Shown here one piece after another: positions 39,309-47,818 of a DNA stretch of 64,000 nt. The notes beneath the pieces were generated by a model. The model had not been told where the DNA came from. It saw only the letters and a list, made by a program, of their open reading frames with translations, and made no database searches. Every line of letters starts with the position of its first letter. Position 1 is the first letter of the stretch. The DNA is from an uncultured Actinomycetes bacterium (lineage in GTDB: Bacteria > Actinomycetota > UBA4738 > HRBIN12): assembly GCA_963823255.1 (NCBI GenBank), contig CAWGKU010000008.1, positions 80,075 to 144,074 on the forward strand, in the 5' to 3' direction. The translations under genes and the position numbers were made by a program.

Positions 39309-40271
39309 GTGGGGTCGCTCGACTACAGCCTGATGCTCGAGGGTCAGGAGGGCGTGACCTGGCCGCAGTGGCTCGCGATCGCCCGCGCCTGCGAACGGCT
39401 CGGGTTCGACGCGCTCCTGACCTCCGACCACTACCTCTCGGTCGTGACGACCGAGGCGCCGGGCTCGAACGACGCCTGGACGCTCCTCGGGGCGCTCGCG
39501 GCGAGCACCGAGCGCCTCCGCCTCGGCACGATGGTCTCGCCGGTGACGTTCCGGCTGCCGGCGGTCCTCGCGAAGGCCGCGACGACGGTCGACAGGATCT
39601 CGGGCGGACGGGTCGAGCTCGGCATGGGCGCCGGGTGGTGGGACCAGGAGCACCGGACCCACGGGATCCCCTTCCCCGCGGCCCCCGAACGGTTCGAGAT
39701 GCTCGAGGAGCAGGTCGAGATCGTGCACGGCCTGTGGTCCGAGGACGTCTTCTCGTTCGAAGGGCGCTACTACGCGCTCGAGGGGTGCCGGTTCCTCCCC
39801 AAACCCGTCCAACGACCGCATCCCCCGATCGTGCTCGGGGGCAAGGGCGGTCCGAGGCTCGCTCGTCTGGTGGCGCGATGGGCCGACGGGTACAACCGCG
39901 TCGGCGGGACGCCGGACGAGCTTCGCGCGTCGATCGAACGTGTGAGCGACGCGGTCGACCGCGCGGGGCGCGACCGCGCGAGCGTGACGATGTCGTTCAT
40001 GACATGGGTGTTCGTCGGCCGGACCGACGCCGAGTGGCGCGACCGAGCCGATCGCGCTCGGCGGATGGACCCCACCGCGGGATCGCTCGAGGAGTACCTC
40101 GACGACATCTCGCGCGACTGCATCGTCGGGACCGTCGACCAGGCGATCGAGCGGATGAACGAGTACGCCGCTACCGGCGTGCAGCGGTTCGTCCTGAACC
40201 ACGAGCTGTTCGACGACCTCGACCAGATCGAGCTCCTGGCCCAGGAGATCATCCCGAAGGTGGCGACCTAG
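39309..40271 (+). CDS. LLM-class (luciferase-like) F420-dependent oxidoreductase
   Basis: Motifs FDALLTSDHY, RLGTMVSPVTFR, GGRVELGMGAGW and PKPVQRPHPPIVLGG are present. Confidence 0.8.
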   Translation: MGSLDYSLMLEGQEGVTWPQWLAIARACERLGFDALLTSDHYLSVVTTEAPGSNDAWTLLGALAASTERLRLGTMVSPVTFRLPAVLAKAATTVDRISGGRVELGMGAGWWDQEHRTHGIPFPAAPERFEMLEEQVEIVHGLWSEDVFSFEGRYYALEGCRFLPKPVQRPHPPIVLGGKGGPRLARLVARWADGYNRVGGTPDELRASIERVSDAVDRAGRDRASVTMSFMTWVFVGRTDAEWRDRADRARRMDPTAGSLEEYLDDISRDCIVGTVDQAIERMNEYAATGVQRFVLNHELFDDLDQIELLAQEIIPKVAT

Positions 40272-40327
40272 GTTCGCGCCGCGCCAACGCGGAAAACGTT
40301 GCAGTGCAACGAGTTCCGGCTGTCGCG

Positions 40328-41461
40328 TTACTCCGGGGCGCGGCCCGGGCCGGACCCGATGATCTCGGAGACGATGCGCTCGAGGTCGTCCGCGGATCCG
40401 AACTCGACGACGATCTTGCCGCGCCGCTTGCTCATCTGGATCGTGACCCGCGTCGCGAGCTGTTCCGAGAGCAGCTCCTCGACCTCGGCGAGCGGGTTCT
40501 CCTGCGGCTCCGGCACCGCCGTCAGCTGGGCCGGGCGCTCGGCGTGCGACGGGTGATCGAGGTAGTTGCGGACGAGCTCCTCGACCTCGCGGACGGACAC
40601 GTCCTCCGCGGCGATGCGGACGGCGAGCGTCCGTTGCGCCTCGGCGTCGCCGAGCGAGAGCAACGCCCGGCCGTGGCCGGCCTGGATCCTGCCCTCGGCC
40701 AGGAGTTGTTGCACCTCGGTCGGAAGCTGGAGCAGGCGGATCGTGTTCGCGATGTGCGAGCGCGACATGCCCAGCCGTTCCGCGAGGGTCTCCTGCTTGA
40801 GACCGAGCTCCTCGAGCAGCTCGCGGAAGGCGTCGGCCAGCTCGATCGGGTTCAGGTCCTCGCGGTGGATGTTCTCGATCAGGGCCTCGCGGAGCGATTC
40901 CGCGTCGTCGCTCTCCCTGACCACGGCGGGCACGGTCGCCAGACCGGCGAGCTTGGCCGCCCGCAGGCGCCGCTCCCCCGCGATCAGCTCGAAGCCGTTG
41001 CCGGCCTTGCGCACGACGATCGGCTGCAGGACGCCCACCTCGCGGATCGACATCGCGAGCGCCTCGAGCGCGTCGTCCTCGAACGTGGTCCGTGGCTGCC
41101 GCGGGTTCGGCGCGACCGCCTCGACCGGGATCTCGAGCAGACCGAACCCCTCTTCGACGGCGCCCGGCAGCAGCGCCGAGAGCCCGCGGCCTAGACCTCC
41201 ACGTTTCATCCAGGATCCTCCTCTGCGGAAGAGACCGCGCCGGCGCTTCTTCTCGCCCGGCTCGATCGACCCTCCTCGGTCCAGCTGCATCTCGTCCTGT
41301 GGTTCAGCCTCGGTTCGATCGCCGTTCAGGTCGGCGAGCTCCTCGTCCTCATCCGTGGACCCATGGTCGACGGTCGGGCGCGACTCCTGGGGAGGGTTCG
41401 AGGCACCGCCGGCGTCGGCGGGCAGGGTCGGCGGCCGATGGCGTCGGCTCGGCCTCGTCAT
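40328..41461 (-). CDS. parB: chromosome partitioning protein ParB; the core starts at M85 (41209, strong SD gaggagga), and a possible acidic N-terminal extension reaches ATG 41461
   Basis: Motifs KRGGLGRGLSALL, GVLQPIVVRK..ELIAGERRLRAA and HTH ETLAERLGMSRSHIANTIRLL are present. GC3 is about 80% in-frame upstream of M85. Confidence 0.88.
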   Translation of the reverse strand: MTRPSRRHRPPTLPADAGGASNPPQESRPTVDHGSTDEDEELADLNGDRTEAEPQDEMQLDRGGSIEPGEKKRRRGLFRRGGSWMKRGGLGRGLSALLPGAVEEGFGLLEIPVEAVAPNPRQPRTTFEDDALEALAMSIREVGVLQPIVVRKAGNGFELIAGERRLRAAKLAGLATVPAVVRESDDAESLREALIENIHREDLNPIELADAFRELLEELGLKQETLAERLGMSRSHIANTIRLLQLPTEVQQLLAEGRIQAGHGRALLSLGDAEAQRTLAVRIAAEDVSVREVEELVRNYLDHPSHAERPAQLTAVPEPQENPLAEVEELLSEQLATRVTIQMSKRRGKIVVEFGSADDLERIVSEIIGSGPGRAPE

Positions 41462-41623
41462 CCGGTTCGGGTCCAGACCCGCCGGGGCCGGTCGGCGGAG
41501 CCTCTGCGACCTGACCGGGAACCTCGCCGGACAGGTCGGCGTCGGGGTGGCCTTCAGGGTCAGGGGTCGCGAGCGCGTCCTCGTTCGGCGGAGCTGGCGG
41601 TCGGCTCGGTCGGCGGTTCGTCC

Positions 41624-42733
41624 TCAGGTGGAGCCTTGGTGGTGCTCGCCGGCGCCCCTTCGGGCACGATCGGTTCGAGGACGGGCGGGTGGCACGTCGT
41701 CGGGGCCGACCAGCGGTCGCGGGGCCTTCCCGGGCTGCGCCTCGGGCGGTGGGATCACGACGCTCGGGACGTCGTCGACGTTCGGCAGCGGGCTCTCGTC
41801 CGGCAGGCGCGACGCCACCTCCTGCGCGAGCGCTCGGTAGCTCTGGGCGCCCTTGGAGTTCGAGTCGTAGACGGTGATCGGCTGCCCGAAACCGGGCGCC
41901 TCGGAGAGCCGGACGGTCCGGGGGATGATCGTCTGGTAGACCCGGTCCCCGAAATACCGCCGGACCTCGGCGACCACCTGCTCGGAGAGCTTGGTCCGGG
42001 GGTCGAACATCGTCATGACGATCCCGGTCAGGCGCAGCCCCGTGTTCACGTTCTGCTGGACGAGCCGGACGTTGCGGAGCAACTGCCCCAGCCCCTCCAG
42101 CGCGTAGTACTCGCACTGGATAGGCACGAGGAGCTCCTCGGCGGCGGCGAGGGCGTTCACGGTCAGCAGGCCGAGCGAGGGCGGGCAGTCCAGGAACACG
42201 AAGTCGAAGGCGTCCTGCTTGAGCGGCTCGATGGCCTTCTTCAGCCGCAGCTCGCGCGAGAACTGGCTCACGAGCTCGATCTCGGCACCGGCGAGGTCGA
42301 TCGTGGAGGGGATCGCGAACAGGTTGTCGATCGGCGTGGGGACGATCGCGCCCTCGATGGGGGCCTCATCGGCCAGCACGTCGTAGACGGTGACCTCACG
42401 CTCCTCGTGACGGATGCCCAGCCCGGTCGAGGCGTTGCCCTGCGGATCGAGGTCGATGACGAGCACCTTGTAGCCGAGCTCGGCGAGCGAGGCACCGAGA
42501 CTCACGGCGGTGGTGCTCTTGCCGACGCCGCCCTTCTGGTTGGCGACCGCGATGACCCTGGCCCTGCCGGAGGGCGGTGGGAGCGCGTTCGAGGCCGCCG
42601 GCTTGCGTGCGGATGCCTTCGAACCGCGTTGCGCAGCAGTCGGTTGCGTCCCTGCAGCCTTGGTTGCTCGTGTGGGGGCGGGCTTCGGCTTGGAGGACGA
42701 ACGAGCTGCCCGAGAAGAGGAGGGCTTCGTCAC
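41624..42733 (-). CDS. parA: chromosome partitioning ATPase ParA/Soj with basic N-terminal and Pro-rich C-terminal extensions
   Basis: The deviant Walker A NQKGGVGKSTT and motifs DLDPQGNAS and DCPPSLG are present. Confidence 0.9.
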   Translation of the reverse strand: MTKPSSSRAARSSSKPKPAPTRATKAAGTQPTAAQRGSKASARKPAASNALPPPSGRARVIAVANQKGGVGKSTTAVSLGASLAELGYKVLVIDLDPQGNASTGLGIRHEEREVTVYDVLADEAPIEGAIVPTPIDNLFAIPSTIDLAGAEIELVSQFSRELRLKKAIEPLKQDAFDFVFLDCPPSLGLLTVNALAAAEELLVPIQCEYYALEGLGQLLRNVRLVQQNVNTGLRLTGIVMTMFDPRTKLSEQVVAEVRRYFGDRVYQTIIPRTVRLSEAPGFGQPITVYDSNSKGAQSYRALAQEVASRLPDESPLPNVDDVPSVVIPPPEAQPGKAPRPLVGPDDVPPARPRTDRARRGAGEHHQGST

Positions 42734-43338
42734 TGACGAGTCATGATAACCAGGGCACCTGCGCTTTCAAGCACGGGCGTGCGCACGACGCTCTGGATCA
42801 CCGATCCCGTCGGAGCCTCGGGGGTCGCGGACCCGCTGCCGGCGAAGTAGACGAGCCGTCCCCCCGGTCGGAGGATCCCCAGGGCCCGAGCCCAGGCTTC
42901 GTCGATCGGCGCGAACGCCCTCGCGAGGGCGACGTCCACGTCGCCGGCTACGTCCTCGACCCGCCCGGCGACCACGACGGCGTTCGGCAGACCCAGATCC
43001 TCGACCGCGAGCTCCAGGAACGCCGCCCGCTGGGGGCGGCGCTCGATCAGCAGCATCCGGACACGGGGGAGCGCGATGGCGACGACCACACCCGGCAGCC
43101 CGGCTCCCGAACCCAGATCGGCGGCCTCGTCGACGCCCTCGACGATGGGGACCGCTCGCAGGCTGTCCAGGGTGTGGCGCTCCCGTATCCGGGCCGCGTC
43201 CGACCGAGAGATCGCTCCGAGCGGCACCGCCCGGTCCGCGAGGAGCTTCTCGAACCGGCGGAGTTGGGACAGCTGTGGGGGGCCCAGGAAGACCCCGAGG
43301 TCGCCCGCCTGCGCTCGGAGGGCGTCGTCGTCGCTCAT
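42730..43338 (-). CDS. rsmG: 16S rRNA (guanine527-N7)-methyltransferase RsmG (GidB)
   Basis: Motifs DLGSGAGLPGVV and RHTLDSL are present, and the position between jag and parA fits. Confidence 0.88.
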   Translation of the reverse strand: MSDDDALRAQAGDLGVFLGPPQLSQLRRFEKLLADRAVPLGAISRSDAARIRERHTLDSLRAVPIVEGVDEAADLGSGAGLPGVVVAIALPRVRMLLIERRPQRAAFLELAVEDLGLPNAVVVAGRVEDVAGDVDVALARAFAPIDEAWARALGILRPGGRLVYFAGSGSATPEAPTGSVIQSVVRTPVLESAGALVIMTRQ

Positions 43339-43341
43339 CGA

Positions 43342-43357
43342 TGTTTCACGTGAAACG
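43342..43357. promoter_or_regulatory. parS: parS centromere-like site TGTTTCACGTGAAACG (15/16 to consensus TGTTTCACGTGAAACA)
   Basis: The palindrome was read directly. It lies 4 nt upstream of the rsmG start codon. Confidence 0.8.
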
Positions 43358-43392
43358 ACACCTTGAGGCAGGCCCCGCCGCGGCGGGATGGG

Positions 43393-44061
43393 CTATCTGG
43401 CCCGCTGGATGACGACGCGCCGCTCCGCACCCTCGCCCTCGCTCGAGCTCTCGACGCCATCGACCTCGGCCACGGCCGTGTGGACCATCTTGCGGAGGAA
43501 CGGGTTCATCGGCTCGAGCGTCTCCGAGCGGCCCGTCTTGGCGACCCGAGTGGCGATCTCGCGGACACGGGCGGTCAGCCGGTCGATCTGGCGTTTCCGG
43601 TAGTCCTCGATGTCGACGACGACCCGAGCGGGGAGTCCGGTCCGCTGGCCGATCGCCACGCGGGTCAGCTCCTGGATCGCCTCGAGCGTCTGCCCGTGCC
43701 GACCGATCAACAGACCCATGTCCTCGTCGTCGGGCTCGGGGCCGATGACGTCGACGTACATCGTCCCGTCCTCGAACGCCGACTCGACCGTCGCGGTGAT
43801 GCCCATCCGTTCGAGCATGCCCTCGAGGAACTCGGCTGCGATCTCGGCCTGCTCGTCGAGATCGTCCTCGCTCAAGTCGCCATCGGGCTTGACCCGCGAG
43901 CGGACGACCACGATGGCCTCCTGGGCGCCGACCCCGAACACGCCGGAGCGGGGTTCCTGGATGACCTGGACGTCGGCCTCCTGCTCGGTCAGACCGAGCT
44001 CGCCGAGGGCGGCCTCGAGGGCCTCCTCAACGCTTGGGGCGCTTCTTCGGATCTCCTCCAC
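43393..44061 (-). CDS. jag: Jag/SpoIIIJ-associated RNA-binding protein (Jag_N, KH, R3H domains)
   Basis: Motifs SVEEALEAALGELG, KH LIGRHGQTLEAIQ and R3H LEPMNPFLRKMVHTAV are present. The GTG start at 44061 overlaps the yidC tail. Confidence 0.85.
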   Translation of the reverse strand: MEEIRRSAPSVEEALEAALGELGLTEQEADVQVIQEPRSGVFGVGAQEAIVVVRSRVKPDGDLSEDDLDEQAEIAAEFLEGMLERMGITATVESAFEDGTMYVDVIGPEPDDEDMGLLIGRHGQTLEAIQELTRVAIGQRTGLPARVVVDIEDYRKRQIDRLTARVREIATRVAKTGRSETLEPMNPFLRKMVHTAVAEVDGVESSSEGEGAERRVVIQRAR

Positions 44062-45193
44062 TGCCGTTGCCTCCGGACCCTGATCCCTTCGGGTTGGACC
44101 CCGGCTTGGACCCCGGCTTGGTGGGGCCGGACCCGGTGGTGCCATTGGTCCCGCCCTTGGACGCAGGTGGTTTGGTGGTTCCGGGCTTCTTGGTGCCCGG
44201 CTTCGGGGTCCCTCGGAGCTCTCGCTGCTGCTCCGCGCGCTCCATCATCGAGGACATGAATCCCTTCTTCTCGGCCTTCTGCGGCTTGGACTTCGCGCTC
44301 TCGGCCAGCTGCTCGGCCGTCGGCCGGCTCTTGAGCATGAAGTACTGCTGACCGATCTGCCATCCGTTGGAGGTCGTCCAGTACAGGACGAGGCCGGCCG
44401 GGAAGAAGATGCCGAAGACGCCGAACATGATCGGCATGATCTTGAGGAGCGCCTGCTGCTGGGACGAGCCACCCGGAGGGGTTGCCTTCTGCATCTGCCG
44501 CTGTTGGTAGAAGGTCGTCCCGAACATCAGCGCCGCGAAGATGTAATAGGGGATCCGGTCCACGACTTCGCTCCCACAGTTGACGGGGTACGCCAGGGTC
44601 TCCCCCGTCGCACTCTTGGCGGCGAGGGTTGCATCCGGGTTGCCCGCGTGCACGGCCGAGCAGAGCAGGTTCATCCCCAGGAACGAGGTGCCCGAGGTCG
44701 GACCCGGCAGGTCCAGGCCGTTGATCTGCGCCTGCGTCGTGATCGGCTCTCCGTTCGGATCGCCCGGAGGAAGCGTCTCGGGGATCTGCTGGGACACGGC
44801 CGCGTACAGGGCGCTGTCGGTGGGGACGTGGATCGGATGCTGCGGCCACCGAAGCACGGAGTACATCGCGATCAGGATCGGGAACTGCAGCAGCACCGGC
44901 CAGCAGCCGGAGAACGGGTTGACCCCGTACTCCTTGTAGAGCTTCATGATCTCTTCCTGCTGACGCGTCTTGTTCCCCTTGTACTTCGCCTGGATCTGCT
45001 TGATCTTCGGCTGCACGATCTGCATGTGCTGCATCGACCGCACCTGCTTGATCCCGAGCGGCAGCAGGATCAGGCGGATCGTCACGGTCAGCAGGATGAT
45101 CGTGACGCCGTAGTTGGGGATGAAGTCGTAGATCTGCGCGACCACCCAGCCGAGCGCGTTGAGGAGCGCCTGCCACGGGGCGAGCGCGATCAT
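44027..45193 (-). CDS. yidC: membrane protein insertase YidC with Lys/Gly/Pro-rich tail
   Basis: Motifs GVTIILLTVTIRLILLPL, MQIVQPKIKQIQAKYK and GVNPFSGCWPVLLQFPI are present. Confidence 0.92.
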   Translation of the reverse strand: MIALAPWQALLNALGWVVAQIYDFIPNYGVTIILLTVTIRLILLPLGIKQVRSMQHMQIVQPKIKQIQAKYKGNKTRQQEEIMKLYKEYGVNPFSGCWPVLLQFPILIAMYSVLRWPQHPIHVPTDSALYAAVSQQIPETLPPGDPNGEPITTQAQINGLDLPGPTSGTSFLGMNLLCSAVHAGNPDATLAAKSATGETLAYPVNCGSEVVDRIPYYIFAALMFGTTFYQQRQMQKATPPGGSSQQQALLKIMPIMFGVFGIFFPAGLVLYWTTSNGWQIGQQYFMLKSRPTAEQLAESAKSKPQKAEKKGFMSSMMERAEQQRELRGTPKPGTKKPGTTKPPASKGGTNGTTGSGPTKPGSKPGSNPKGSGSGGNGSGGDPKKRPKR

Positions 45194-45495
45194 CGGCCAG
45201 GCTCCGCGTGTATGACGGTGTCATATCCAGTGGATCGGGTCGGAGCCGGGACGTGGTCGACGCCACCGCGCGTGAAGGGGCCGCAGCGCGCGATCCTCCA
45301 GGCCGCCATGAGGGTTCCGCGGATCGCTCCGTGCATCCGGATCGCGTCCTCCGCGTAGTGCGAGCAGGTGGGGTAGAAGCGACACTGGCCGCCGAGCCAC
45401 CCGGACAGGGTCACGCGGTACACGCGGATCAGACCGAGCAACGCGAGACGCGCCGGCGCGCCCGCCGTCCAGGCGATGCGGTGCACATGGTTCAC
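45190..45495 (-). CDS. yidD: membrane protein insertion efficiency factor YidD
   Basis: Motif CRFYPTCSHYAEDAIRMHG is present. Confidence 0.88.
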   Translation of the reverse strand: MNHVHRIAWTAGAPARLALLGLIRVYRVTLSGWLGGQCRFYPTCSHYAEDAIRMHGAIRGTLMAAWRIARCGPFTRGGVDHVPAPTRSTGYDTVIHAEPGR

Positions 45496-45806
45496 GTCCG
45501 GATCACCTGCGCGCGCGAGAGCAACTCCGCAACCTCCGCCACCAGTTCCTGCGTCCGGGCTCCGACGATCGCGGCCCTTGCGACCACGACGACGTCGTAT
45601 CCGTCCTCGACCTCGTCAGCGAGCTCGCGCCACGCGGCCCGGAGGATCCGCCGGGCCCGGTTGCGGAGCACCGCGCCACCGATCCGCCGGCCGGCAACGA
45701 ACGCTGCCGACCCGGCCCCGGGGGCGACAAACACTACCACCCGTTCTCCGTGAAATGCCTGGCCCGAGGACAGGGTCCGGGCGACCCGATCCGCGCTCGT
45801 CGAGGT
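45492..45806 (-). CDS. rnpA: ribonuclease P protein component; start codon unresolved
   Basis: The conserved core is FVAGRRIGGAVLRNRARRILR. The in-frame upstream sequence STSADRVARTLSSGQAFHGERVVVFV looks like a genuine RnpA N-terminus. No ATG, GTG or TTG exists between 45740 and the rpmH stop. Confidence 0.8.
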   Translation of the reverse strand, partial: TSTSADRVARTLSSGQAFHGERVVVFVAPGAGSAAFVAGRRIGGAVLRNRARRILRAAWRELADEVEDGYDVVVVARAAIVGARTQELVAEVAELLSRAQVIRT

Positions 45807-45808
45807 AC

Positions 45809-45946
45809 CTACGCGGACAGCCGCGTCCGGCCCTTCGCGCGCCGTCGCGCCAGGATCGACCGGCCCGCCCGCGTCCGCATCCGGACGCGGAAGCCGTGCT
45901 TGCGGTGACGGCGGCGGTTGTTCGGTTGGTAGGTTCGCTTGGACAT
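45809..45946 (-). CDS. rpmH: 50S ribosomal protein L34
   Basis: [45 protein letters not shown]. Confidence 0.97.
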   Translation of the reverse strand: MSKRTYQPNNRRRHRKHGFRVRMRTRAGRSILARRRAKGRTRLSA

Positions 45947-46182
45947 CGGGATCTTCCTCGTCGTCGCGCTCGAACGGGGGCCGTTCGGCGGTTCGCGCAG
46001 TATAGCGGAGGGTTCCGGTGCCGGCCGGTCGGCTTCGTTGTGGCCGCGAGCATCTGAAGCACGAGAAAGTGTGACAAGAGGCCCCTCCGACGAGGCGGTG
46101 GGGAAAACCGCGGTGCTATAGTCCGGCCTCGTTCCCCGGGGGCGTCGATCCTCCCCACGCGACGCCATCTCTTCCCCCAAGA

Positions 46183-46215
46183 GTTTCCACAACTGTGGAA
46201 AGGCGCTGTGGATAG
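46183..46215. promoter_or_regulatory. cluster of three DnaA-box-like 9-mers immediately upstream of the dnaA ATG (GTTTCCACA, tgtggaaag=CTTTCCACA, tgtggatag=CTATCCACA)
   Basis: The boxes were read directly. They match TT(A/G)TCCACA at 7/9, 7/9 and 8/9. Confidence 0.6.
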
Positions 46216-46217
46216 TT

Positions 46218-47597
46218 ATGGCGATCGCATCGTTCGAGGAAGCCGCTGAACACACCTGGGCGCACGTCGTCGAACGCGCCCATGAGGAGCTGAGCGAGAG
46301 CTCGTTCTCGATGTGGTTCGGAGGCGTTCGCGCCACGAGCCTGCACGACGGGGTCCTGGAGGTCGTCGCCCCGTCCGAGTACGTGCGCGACTGGCTCGCC
46401 AAGCACTACGTCGGGCTGATCCAGGACGCCGCGGCCGAGGCCGTCGGGCTCCCCGTCAAGATCGAACTGGATTCGGCGCCCCCCGAAGAGGTTGTGCCGC
46501 AACGCGAACCGCCGGACCCACCCGAACACAAGCCGATCGCGGAGCGGCCCGGGTACGGGGCCCCCGGCCTGCCGTTCCCGAACTACACCTTCGAGACGTT
46601 CGTCGCGGGCCCGTCGAACCGGTTCGCGCACGCGGCGGCGATGGCGGTGGCCGACACGCCTCCGTCCAAGGCGTACAACCCGCTGTTCATCTACGGCGGC
46701 GTGGGACTCGGCAAGACCCACCTGCTCGTCGCGATCGGGCATCAGATGTTCGGCCTGTCCCCGCGGCTGCGCGTGAAGTACGTCACGAGCGAGAGCTTCA
46801 TGGCCGAGTTCATCAAGGCGGTGCGCGAACGCCAGGGCTACCAGTTCGCCGCGCGCTACCGCGACATCGACGTGTTGCTGGTCGACGACATCCAGTTCCT
46901 GGCCAAGCGCGAGGAGACCCAGACCGAGTTCTTCCATACGTTCAACGCGCTGCACCAGAAGGACCGCCAGATCGTGATCGCGTCGGACCGGCCGCCGCAG
47001 GAGCTCGGGATGGAGGAGCGCCTCCAGTCGCGGTTCCGCCTCGGCCTGTGCGTCGACGTGCAGCCTCCTGACCTGGAGACCCGCATGGCGATCTTGCAGC
47101 TGAAGGCCCAGCGCGACGAGCTCCACGTCCCCGACGACGTGATCGAGTTCATCGCCAACACGTTCGACCAGAACATCCGCGAGCTCGAGGGCGCGCTCGT
47201 TCGGGTGGTGGCGTGGGGCGACCTGACCGGACAACCGATCACCAGCGAGCTCGCCGAGCAGGCGCTCGAGGACCTGCTGCCCCAGGCCGAGGCCGAGATC
47301 CCGCCCGATCTGATCCTCGAAGAGAGCGCCCGTTACTTCGGGCTGTCCGTCCAGGACCTGATCTCGCCGAACCGCTCGAGGCCGCTCACGACCGCCCGTC
47401 ATGTCGCGATGTACCTGATGCGTGAGTGCAGCGGCCAATCCTTGGTCAAGATCGGCGACACGTTCGGCGGACGCGACCACACGACGGCCCGCCACGGCAT
47501 CCTCAAGGTCGAGAAGGACATGCGGGCCAGGACGGCGACGTACCGCCAAGTCCAGGACCTCTCGCGCATCATCCGCGGCCGGGCCCGGGCCGGATGA
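46218..47597 (+). CDS. dnaA: chromosomal replication initiator protein DnaA
   Basis: Motifs [32 protein letters not shown] and the domain IV region [16 protein letters not shown] are present. Confidence 0.97.
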   Translation: MAIASFEEAAEHTWAHVVERAHEELSESSFSMWFGGVRATSLHDGVLEVVAPSEYVRDWLAKHYVGLIQDAAAEAVGLPVKIELDSAPPEEVVPQREPPDPPEHKPIAERPGYGAPGLPFPNYTFETFVAGPSNRFAHAAAMAVADTPPSKAYNPLFIYGGVGLGKTHLLVAIGHQMFGLSPRLRVKYVTSESFMAEFIKAVRERQGYQFAARYRDIDVLLVDDIQFLAKREETQTEFFHTFNALHQKDRQIVIASDRPPQELGMEERLQSRFRLGLCVDVQPPDLETRMAILQLKAQRDELHVPDDVIEFIANTFDQNIRELEGALVRVVAWGDLTGQPITSELAEQALEDLLPQAEAEIPPDLILEESARYFGLSVQDLISPNRSRPLTTARHVAMYLMRECSGQSLVKIGDTFGGRDHTTARHGILKVEKDMRARTATYRQVQDLSRIIRGRARAG

Positions 47598-47818
47598 GGG
47601 CCTTCGCGAGCCACGTGGACGGACCTGTGGGGAACATGGGTGGGGCCGGGGACACCCTCGAGGGGACCTCCGGCGAGTGCACAGATTCCCCCACCCGGTC
47701 CACATGTCCTACGGGGCCGTTACGCTCGGGAAACAGGCTCGTAGCGCTGTTTTCCACAGCACCTACTACTACTGAAAGAGGTAAGAGATGGATCAAGAAG
47801 CAGTAGGGGGGTGGACAA
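47598..47818. other. oriC: candidate oriC (dnaA-dnaN intergenic): DnaA boxes CGGTCCACA (47696-47704), TTTTCCACA (47750-47758) and TTGTCCACC (complement, 47810-47818) flank an AT-rich stretch at 47761-47805
   Basis: The boxes and a local GC drop (acctactactactgaaagaggtaagagatggatcaagaagcagtag) were read directly. The location is typical for Actinobacteria. Confidence 0.65.

Noticed and set aside
40297-40311. Perfect palindrome CGTTGCA-G-TGCAACG between the LLM oxidoreductase and parB stops, and a related TTGCA-AC-TGCAA at 8335-8346; considered as extra parS sites or a shared operator
   Set aside because: They do not match the parS consensus (TGTTTCACGTGAAACA). The first sits between convergent stops and is more simply a weak bidirectional terminator hairpin. 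Two occurrences are too few to call a motif.
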